A DNA stretch of 64,000 nt from Octopus vulgaris (lineage: Eukaryota): NCBI GenBank assembly GCA_951406725.2, contig OX597831.1, positions 59,334,001 to 59,398,000 of the forward strand. The letters are read 5' to 3'. Shown here in pieces: positions 54,650-64,000 of the stretch. Position numbers and translations under genes: made by a program. Under the pieces are notes generated by a model that saw only the letters and a program-made list of their open reading frames with translations, made no database searches and was not told the DNA's origin. How positions within the stretch are numbered: the first letter of the stretch is position 1; every line of letters starts with the position of its first letter.

Positions 54650-55085
54650 GCCCGTTGTCCGTGCAACATCTATAATCTTCCCTGTGCCTGTGAAATCTTG
54701 TATCCCTGGTCGTAAGGCTTCACTTCCACACACGTCAGCTTAATTTAATTCGTCCTTAGTCGAAAGACAACTGTTGTTATGTCCTGTTATTTGTATTTGT
54801 GTAACTTTCTCCGTTTCTTCTGCCATTGTTTTTGTATACGTTCGACGCTTTCTTGCAAGGAATCTAGTGTTCATAATTTCGTTTTTTCCTTAGGGCCGGC
54901 CAGATTGGAGCAATCTCGAGTGTAACCAGCGGAAATTGCAAAGATAATCTGGAACTCGCTTGAGGAAAGGAGACTCCGAATGACCTGTCCTTATTTTCTT
55001 TGTATCGTCTATCTGGATGTTTTGCTGTCCCTTACTTGTATCACCTAACTGTCTGGATGTTTTGCGTTTGTGTCCCATTTTCTAT
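54650..55085 (+). mobile_element. Unclassified (TA)n-flanked element, homologous to 14595-14880
   Basis: See 14595-14880; bounded by (TA)n at 54609-54648 and ~55084. Confidence 0.6.
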
Positions 55086-55099
55086 ATAATATATATACA

Positions 55100-56340
55100 T
55101 ATGCCTTTCTCTGCAGCAGGGTCGGCCTAACTTAGCCCTTACATCAGGTCGAAGATGTCCTTAAAGCCTTGGGATCATGCTCGAACTCTGTTGTCATATC
55201 TTGGCTTCAGCAAAGCATTCGACAGGGGCACGACCACAATATCTTTCTGTCAAAATTGTTAAATGTTGGAATCTGTAGAAAACTGCTTAACTGAATTGAG
55301 TATTTCCTGGAGAACAGAGCCTGAACACAACATGTGATCGGTGGAATCGATTCAGGCTCGGAAAAGTCACTAGTGGTGTTCCTCAGTGTATATAAACGAT
55401 ATTTCAAGTGTCATCTAACAGAAAAGTGAAAATATTCGTCAATGACTACAAGTTTCCGAAGCGTATCAACAGAGAGGAAGACCGAAATGAAATCCAATCT
55501 GATCTACAAGCTGTAAGTCAATGAGCAGACAAAAAACATAATGAAACTAAACGAGGGGAAATTTGAACTGATGCATTTTGGAAGAAAGACTATGCTAGAA
55601 CAATCATATTCTCTTCCTTCAGGGGAACCAATCAGATCATCTAATAATATCAGAGAATTAGGAATAATCGTTGACAACAATCTCAGCCGGAGTGTCCATA
55701 TCAACAACAAAATCGGTGTAGCTCCTAGGATGAGTTCCTGGATGCTAAGTACATTTTGGTCCAGAGAACGATGTGTCGTCATTCCTCTTTTCCTCCTCCT
55801 TTGTATGGCCACACCTCGAATAATGCTGCCCCTTGTGTTCTCTCCATACGAAACAAAACATTTTGAAAATTGAATCACTTCAGAGAACATTCACTAAAAG
55901 AAGTAACGGGATGATTCATCTCGATTATTGGGACCCTCTTAAAGCATTGAAAACCTATTCTCTCCAGCGTCGCCATGTGCGAAACATTATTTGCAAAATG
56001 TGGAGAATACACCACCAGCATTGCCCCAACGACCGCAACATTAGTTTCAGTATTCATCTAATGCTAGGTCCATAGGCCATAACTTCCCTGCCAAAATCAG
56101 GATCCGTATTTAACAATGTCCCACAACAAGTCAAAGAGGAAAAGGATATCATCAACTTTAAACGGATGTGGACAAAATTTTTAAGAAATACCAGATAAGA
56201 CACCTGTATCTGGATACAACTCACTCAACAAGAACTTCCAACTCGAATGGGCCACGATACCACAACACTTGACTTAAAAACGATTGAGCAAATCTTATGT
56301 GGTGCTACTATGTTAGACATGGCCTGAACCAATCTTTGCT
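55100..56340 (+). mobile_element. Decayed CR1/L2-type LINE RT
   Basis: L.FSKAFD.(H), IFVNDY (YADD equivalent), Q.DL...W...N.MKLNEGKFELMHFG, IRELGIIVDNNLS, YWD.LKALK.YSLQRR; same family as 29955-30660. Confidence 0.9.
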
Positions 56341-56442
56341 TGAACCATATCTGTTTTATATATATACACAAACATGTGTGTGGTATGTGTGCGTATTTAT
56401 CTGTATGTATATATGTATATATATGTATATATTAATATATGC

Positions 56443-56476
<34 letters not shown>

Positions 56477-56579
56477 ATATAGTTAATCCAAACAAGAAAG
56501 CACAAAAAAACACAACAACGCAAGGACGTGGAACAAATATAGTATTATTGGACGCTCAGGAAGGAAGGAAAGAAGGACG

Positions 56580-56614
56580 GTTTAACGTTTCGAGCGGAGT
56601 TCTTCGTCGGAAAC
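56580..56614 (-). ncRNA. Minimal type I hammerhead (CCGACGA core)
   Basis: Minus strand: GTTT-CCGACGA-AGAAC TCC GCTC-GAAA-CG-TT-AAAC, within a TA-flanked ~210-bp element (56481-56690). Confidence 0.7.
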
Positions 56615-56945
56615 ATAGGAGAAGGAAAGATCCAGAGAAGGGAAGACAGAGGGAAAAAATCGCCAACGGTACACACGAGGTCACATATTGAAAGACCGGA
56701 AGCAGTACATCTGATATAGGATGAAATTTTAAAAAACAATTATCAGTGGCCAGCATATTAAAAAATACCCTTTAAGGTGAAAATTATAAACAACTTACAA
56801 ATAAGGGGAAAAAAAAAGAATTCTATGCCAAAGTATACCGAGAATAGACTTTAAATCGTAAATAACCAGAAATAATTCATTACTATAAGCACATATCTCG
56901 AAGCAAGCTGACAGAAATTTCTAAAAAATACCTAAATTTCCCTAA

Positions 56946-56991
56946 GACACCTGATGAAGACTAGCGGTTATATCAGCCGAAAAGTTGTATT
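56946..56991 (+). ncRNA. Degenerate minimal hammerhead (family of 28462)
   Basis: GACAC-CTGATGA-AGACTAG..TATATCAGCC-GAAA-AG-TT-GTATT; the ~55 bp downstream also match 28508-28560. Confidence 0.6.
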
Positions 56992-57477
56992 AACAACTAA
57001 CAAAATGAGGATAATTATCTGTCAAATGTAAATAATGTAAATGTATTTTCAGTCTTTTCTTTCGTTTTGTATTTCAAAAATATTTCCCCTTGTCAATGTT
57101 TTTCTAACCACACTAGTAATTGCCAAGAATTTGCCACTGACCATAAGGATGCTTTATGGTATTAAGTTTACTCATTGGATGCCAATGCTATTTGCCCGTG
57201 TTACGAGCCTGTTATGGCTTAAGGTTGATGTCGTAAAGTACATGGCCTAGTTCTATTTTGTCATATTGTCCTAATTCGTTCCTTTTATCTTATCCTTTGG
57301 CAGTTGCGTTTTTCGACCATGAAGAAGAAAGCTTAGGCCAGCGGTTTCCTATAATTTCTGTCTCTCAATAGATCGATTATCGATCAATTAAGATTGAATC
57401 ATGAACATTCTCAAACGCTATAAGCTTTTGATGAATAAATAAAGGAGTATCACCCATTACTTCTGTCATATACATAC

Positions 57478-57544
<67 letters not shown>

Positions 57545-59356
57545 TATGTATACATATATATTTATATACGTATATATACATATACACACACGTGAATATA
57601 CGTATGTTGATGTATTCTGGCAAAGAATGAATTAGATTCACAATTATGTATATGCACGGACTATCGAGCATATTTCGTTTTTCTTATAATCTGATCTGTT
57701 TTTGAGCAATCAACAGAATTGCTTTCTTTTAGTCTGAATTATGCCTTGCAGCATAATCAACTTTGTTCATACTGAACTTGATTTTAGGCATGAACATGCG
57801 ATCTAAATATGATTTAATGCATGACACCCTTTCTAGATCTCCGACATCCTATCATTTTGTGATCTAATAACCACGACACTATGGTGAGCTTTCAATAGTT
57901 TTCGTCTGAAAATATGATGAGTGAAATTAAATGTCATATTCTAGTTTCTCAAGTAGCTCATTATAATAACGTAGGATTGGCCTCACTTTATACGCGATTA
58001 TCCTGATCAGAGAAATGATTGGCTGCTTCGACTCAAATGATACAATAAACATACAAATACTGAAATCTTTTTGTTAATACCATAATATGAAATGGCTCAA
58101 CGTAAGTGATACTATATTTCAACACTATATACCTGCTATTTATTTTGTCAGATAATGGTTGAGGCATTGGAATTTAGCAAGTTATATCAGGGTATATCTT
58201 CTGTGAGTACATGATTACGCACTGTAAAATTCCCTGCGATAATATACATGTAAATATTGATACCCGTTCTGAAAGCACAACATGACGTCTCTATAAAGCA
58301 GCACGTTATTGCAAAAAGCAATTTCTCGATTTCCGATGCATAATCCTGCCTCTGCTTCCATCACTGATAATAGCATTCAAGAGACCAACATGAATAAGGA
58401 ATTTTCAGAGCTTTCCTATTAACACTCCATCTAAGCTGATCCAAATTGTTTATTATTTAGCGTATTTTCGTTTCCTAAGACGTCAAAGACATCACACAGG
58501 TCACTAAAAGCTATTTCCAGCATGTCAGAAAATTATAAGGCGCAGATAAATTGATTGGCATCATTGATGATTTTCAAATAAATGGAATGTTCTCTCTTCG
58601 CCCTTCATATCTTTATGGAAGGACAAGATGACATGTCACGTATATTTAACAACGCAACTCTTATCTTGATTATTTCCTAGAAAATTATTCACACGAGTCT
58701 TATGATCCTTCATGGAATCAATCATTATCGCATACAAGCATTTATTTCCTTTTCATAAACTTAAAGCGAGTACAATTTATATGTATTCTTATACAAATAG
58801 AGCAATATTCATTATGTTTGTTAGAAAATATAGTGTCTCCAAAATTGAGATTTACATTATACATTGAGCATAAAGCCATTTATTAATGGCCAAAGCATGT
58901 GTGTAAATTCTTCCCTATCCTTTTCTCATATAATCTTGCTTTTTAGAAAATATACTATACAAATACCATAATTATCATGAGCGAGAACACCTTCTTCTTA
59001 TAGATAAATGAATATCATGCCTTACAAATGTAGTAGATTTTCAATTAAATATGTGATGACATAATCTCATATAATATAAACCTAAACTTAAATGGTGCAA
59101 TATATCTCTGATCTATTCCGCCTTGATTGTAAACGAGAATCTAGATACAAGGCGTCCAATAATCATGTTCAATAACATATGGTGTCTCTATCCCTGTATC
59201 CGTCTCACTCTTTCGATCTGTGTGTGAGTGTACATCCATCTATCCAACCCTTCATCCATCCATCCATCCATCCATCCATCCATCCATCCATCCATCCATC
59301 CATCCTTACATACATACGTATGTACGTATATACATATATACATAGAATATACATGT

Positions 59357-59390
<34 letters not shown>

Positions 59391-59437
59391 TGTATATATA
59401 TATATATATATAAATAAATATATATATATGTATATAT

Positions 59438-59487
<50 letters not shown>

Positions 59488-59516
59488 TATGTATCTATAT
59501 ATTGTATATATATACA

Positions 59517-59555
<39 letters not shown>

Positions 59556-60194
59556 ATGTATGTATGTATATGTGTGTGTTTGTTTCCGTGTGCATGCGTA
59601 TGTTTATACCTATAATGGAATGGACATACACACGCTTATACAGCAAAATATGTATATATCTGCGTATATATTTATATTACAAAACTTAGATGCGAGTGTA
59701 CTGTGATTGCAAACATTTCCTCCGCTTTTTGATGTGCGAAAAAAAAGGCGAGATTTCTCATAGACTTTCCATGGTGTTTTGTAAGTTTCCTCGTTGAAAA
59801 ACCAAACTCTTTTGTTCGCCCGTTAATAGCAAAGGATATTGCGCTACAATTTACTGTAGTTATGAATTACGGGATTATTGTAGTCAATGGGTCCTTTTAG
59901 CAATAGTCTAATGTGACCGCTTCATATTTAATTAAGAAATATATATATATTGTACACATTACTCCTTGGATTTCGAGGAGAGTTGACATAATTTGTGAGC
60001 CTTCACGTATTTGTAAAACTATCAAACCAACTTTTGAATAACCTATATATAAACATACATGCAGGAAGTAAATAGACACCTTTAATTTTCAAAATTTCTG
60101 ATCTAACCGTCATTATATGTTTTCAGCAGTGTAGAATTTACAATGTAATCATTCTTTTTCATTCCTTGTGCCATTATATTAATCATTTGCGAAG

Positions 60195-60400
60195 AGTAAA
60201 AAATCAGCAGATCTGTAAGATTTTCAAAGAGGTCGTATTGTTGAGCAATCTGAGGCTGGACTTAGCCAGCGTAAAATTGCCGAAAATTTTAGAATTTTTC
60301 TTGCTACTGTTAATAGAATTATTGTGAAATTCCAAAGCCAAGGAAAAGAATCAATAGATTCTCGTTCAGCGCGACCTGGGCCCTCAGAAAGGAAGAGAAT
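60195..60400 (+). pseudogene. Tc1-like transposase N-terminal HTH fragment
   Basis: [47 protein letters not shown]...RSARP. Confidence 0.75.
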
Positions 60401-61662
60401 TGTGGAATACAAACCCCGTTCGAATGGGTTTGGCACAAGCAAAAAATATATGTGTAGACGTTTATGTGTGCATACGTGTGGTGGTGGTGGTGAGGGGGGG
60501 CATAGCCTTAGGGCTGAAACGTATAAACGAATAAAAGAATATGTATTAGTCAGTTGTGGGGGCTGGGGACTCCTCTCACTTGGAATAATAATGGTCAAAT
60601 TACAAAGAATTATCATTAATATTATTAAGGCAGCGAGCAGTGAGAATCCTTAGAACGTCGGCCCAAATGCTTTGTGACTTTTCGGCCATTTCTGCGTAAA
60701 TAGTCCAAATCCATCCTAGGTCAACTTTCATCGTTTTGATGTCCATCGTTTCGGTGTCCACAGAAAAAATTACTACTATTGCCCTAGGTCTATCTAATTA
60801 ACTAGCATCCTCGCACGAAATGTCAAGCTTTGAGTTTATAAAAATGAGAAGTATTAATGCTATTATTTATACGCATAAAATACATGAATATTGGCTTGGA
60901 AAAATGACCTGCTGCATTTCGGGATAGAGACAAACTATTGCCTACTTGGCATTTGATAAATTGATATATTTAATAGCATATCCCCTCATTCTTGAAAACT
61001 TAATTCCATTTATTTGGAAAATTGCTCACAAATCGATGCCAAAATTCTTCAGATTTTGAAGCAAAGTGAAATAGAGTATAATTGTTTAATTACTTAACTT
61101 GTGTCCCGCTCAATGTTACAATAGTCCGAAAAGATGACTGTTATATGAATTCAAGTTATGAAAAGAATGAGGAGAGACTAAACCTACCATAAATATTATC
61201 ATAATCTTTCTCTGAAATATTTGGGCTCGATGTGGTTAGCAATATCATGTAATATTAACACCCCTGTATCACTGACTAAAGATGTGTGTTTTTGCAACAA
61301 CTATTCCTTGAAAGAGTCTAATTTAGGACAATGCTTCTCTACATTAATATCTTGGTTTTTGACTTACATTTTTTATTATAAATCTTGCATCAAAAAGTGA
61401 GCATAATGTTTTTACGGTTGCAGTTCCGGTTTAGGCATACATACTCATTTTTCATTGGATGGAAACCATTGTCATTTCTGTCTAAGGTATTATTCAGGCA
61501 TTAAACTATGACTCCACTGCATCCTTGAACAGAAAGAATTATAAGCTATTGAAGTTGTAATTTTTTAAATCCTATTGTACACTCATATAGTACTTCCTTC
61601 TGAAACTGAAACAGACGTATATTTAGTTTGTACACCAGGTTGTTGGTCACGCAATTCCTAAG

Positions 61663-61700
<38 letters not shown>

Positions 61701-61827
61701 AGAGAAGGACGGGATGGACGCTTCATTTATGTGCTGGTGCCGCATTATGTCGTACGCGAAAGAGAGGATCTGCATCCCCAACGTAGAATTTTTGATGTAA
61801 TATATGTCCTTGGGGTAGTAATTGTGC

Positions 61828-61905
61828 GCGGCTGAAGAAGTCCATAGACACACATTATGCATTGTTATAATTCCGTCTAATAAAGGCCCGAAACATATGT
61901 ACCGC
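61828..61905 (+). ncRNA. Type I hammerhead ribozyme
   Basis: GCGG-CTGAAGA-AGTCC ATAGAC...GTCTA..GGCCC-GAAA-CATATG-TA-CCGC, inside a ~245-bp element (61698-61942) bounded by (TA)n on both sides. Confidence 0.78.
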
Positions 61906-61938
61906 TGAATCCTTGGCATCATGTTCTTATTTTGATTA

Positions 61939-61988
<50 letters not shown>

Positions 61989-64000
61989 TCATATATATAT
62001 GTGAGTTATCAGTGAGGAATAATCAATCCGTGCTTATGTGTCTTCACTGTACTTTATTGTAAATACATGATCGTGTTCCCGGACATTCTGGATTTTTTCA
62101 CAGGTATAAGACAAGACGCATGGCGTTTAGCGTGTTGCAGTCGTAATTGCAAGATCCTGGTTTCGACTCCAGCCTGGTGGTTGCGTTGTGTTCTCAAGCA
62201 AAGTCCTCCCCCTGGCAATATGTCTATTTTTCAACTCTCCCTATATATATATATTGCAAAATTTATGTATGCTTTCAGTAAGTGGAACATGTCTGTCGTG
62301 TGTGCAGTATTGAGCAGGGTTTTTTTCTAGAAGGGTAAGAGAATGTTATTAATGCAATCAAGTATCCGCCTTCCGCGACATCGATTATATAGACTGGGAA
62401 ATACAAATGTACTACGACACTGTGCCAGTATGATTACTGGCATCGTACAGACAACGTAAAGAGCTGGAACAGTTTCCTCAAACCATCAAATACTAGCACT
62501 AATCTGCCGCACCACAAGACATTATTAGCTGTTATATTAAAGGTGTACTTTCAAATCATTATCATACAATAAAATATTTATTGGAGTATTGTATTATCTT
62601 CCAAGCATTGCTGTATATAATAACATAAATGTAGACATATACATGCATGCAACTTCATTTCGGTACGTAAGTATCCAAATAAATGCATCTTGATGATGCA
62701 TTTTCCGTTGCAATTATTATCTATAAAGATAGATACCTATATAATACATACATATGTACATGCATACATACATTGATACAAATATGAATAAACACACGCG
62801 TGCTGGCGCACATACACGCATATAGATATAGGCATATGACTGCCCACTCATATATATATATATACATGTATTGATGATCAATCTGACTTCAAGTTCCACC
62901 TCACGGCTTGTTCAATGTGGTTTGAAATAATAGCCTTACATTACATACACATACATAGCTGCATACGCCTATGCATACACATAACCCCCTACACATATAT
63001 ATGTACATGTGTAATATGTACATGTGTTTGTTATATGTTCGTGCATTTGTATTCTGGGGGATATCGAAATATTATTGTGCTCTTTATTTTTGTATTTGGA
63101 TCTCATGATGTTTTACCTTTGCAATTAAATGAGGAATTGCATTTATCCATGTAATCATTGAAAAATGCATTTAGGGTCTGGAATCATTGAAATATAATCT
63201 ATTATCAACCAAATGCATCAGGAAAATCATCTACTTTAGCGTTAAAACATTCTGTGGAACTGATACTTGTTCTTCCTTTATGTTATTATGTTTAGTCCCA
63301 TTATTGAGTTCTAAGGCTGTGAATATATGAAATGTTATGGGTTTCAAAAATCCATTACTGTTACACCGAAACAACAATGTGAACAATTGGACTAAAACAT
63401 ACTTCACAGCTGTCAGAGTGCTCCAGCATTTAGAAGGAAATAAAAAAATCCACTAGTTGAAGAATGATTTCTTTGTTTTTCTTTATTTTTTCTGTCTTAT
63501 TGCATACGCATCAAAATCGGCCTATATTCGCAGTGTATAGCACACTATTCTTCTTAATTTATTTTTACGAAAATAAGGGAAAACAAGGGAATGAAAATAT
63601 AACAAAAAATGATTCCTTTCGATATATTAAAGATATACTTTGATACTGAGTAGTATCAAACAAAATATATTTGTGTGATATTAATGTAGTATTTTATCGT
63701 TAAATACATAGTGCCAAATAGTAGAATGCCCTTTTCGATATGCACGATAAAAGCAACTATTTTTTATCTCTTTTGAATATATCTATATCAAATAAATTGA
63801 TTGAATCTATTCCCAGAGTATTAGGTACAACACAATGTTCTATAAGATAACTTTCCGTAAGTCATATATAGAATGGTGGAAATTTGAATCAGCTATTAAA
63901 ATTTGTCAACATTATGTGTTTGAAATACTGATGAGTACCTTAGAACAGCGGTGAGTGTTGACAGCTAGGTAAATCTGTTTGATAAAAGCGTTTTTCCCTT

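Noticed and set aside
63922-63990. CTGATGA followed by a GTACC...GGTA stem as a hammerhead
   Set aside because: No GAAA, UH or stem I closure follows.

Overview
AT-rich eukaryotic DNA that looks intronic or intergenic. It is most likely cephalopod (octopus-like); this is inferred from the SINE families and the extreme microsatellite load. I could not support any intact host protein-coding exon, and most ORF-track entries are translations of microsatellites. The window is a mosaic of microsatellites, tRNA-derived SINEs, and decayed CR1/L2, R4/Dong and RTE LINEs, Penelope-like (PLE) reverse-transcriptase fragments and Tc1/mariner remnants. The main signal is about 19 minimal type-I hammerhead ribozyme (HHR) motifs or remnants. 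Their layout is stem I - C(U/C)GANGA - stem II - GAAA - short palindromic stem III - UH - stem I. They come from more than 10 unrelated short non-coding families, many inserted in (TA)n tracts and arranged as tandem dimers or long fold-backs. This fits a diverse, microsatellite-targeting Penelope pseudo-LTR / non-LTR retrozyme system. All motifs were folded by eye; none has been tested for cleavage.
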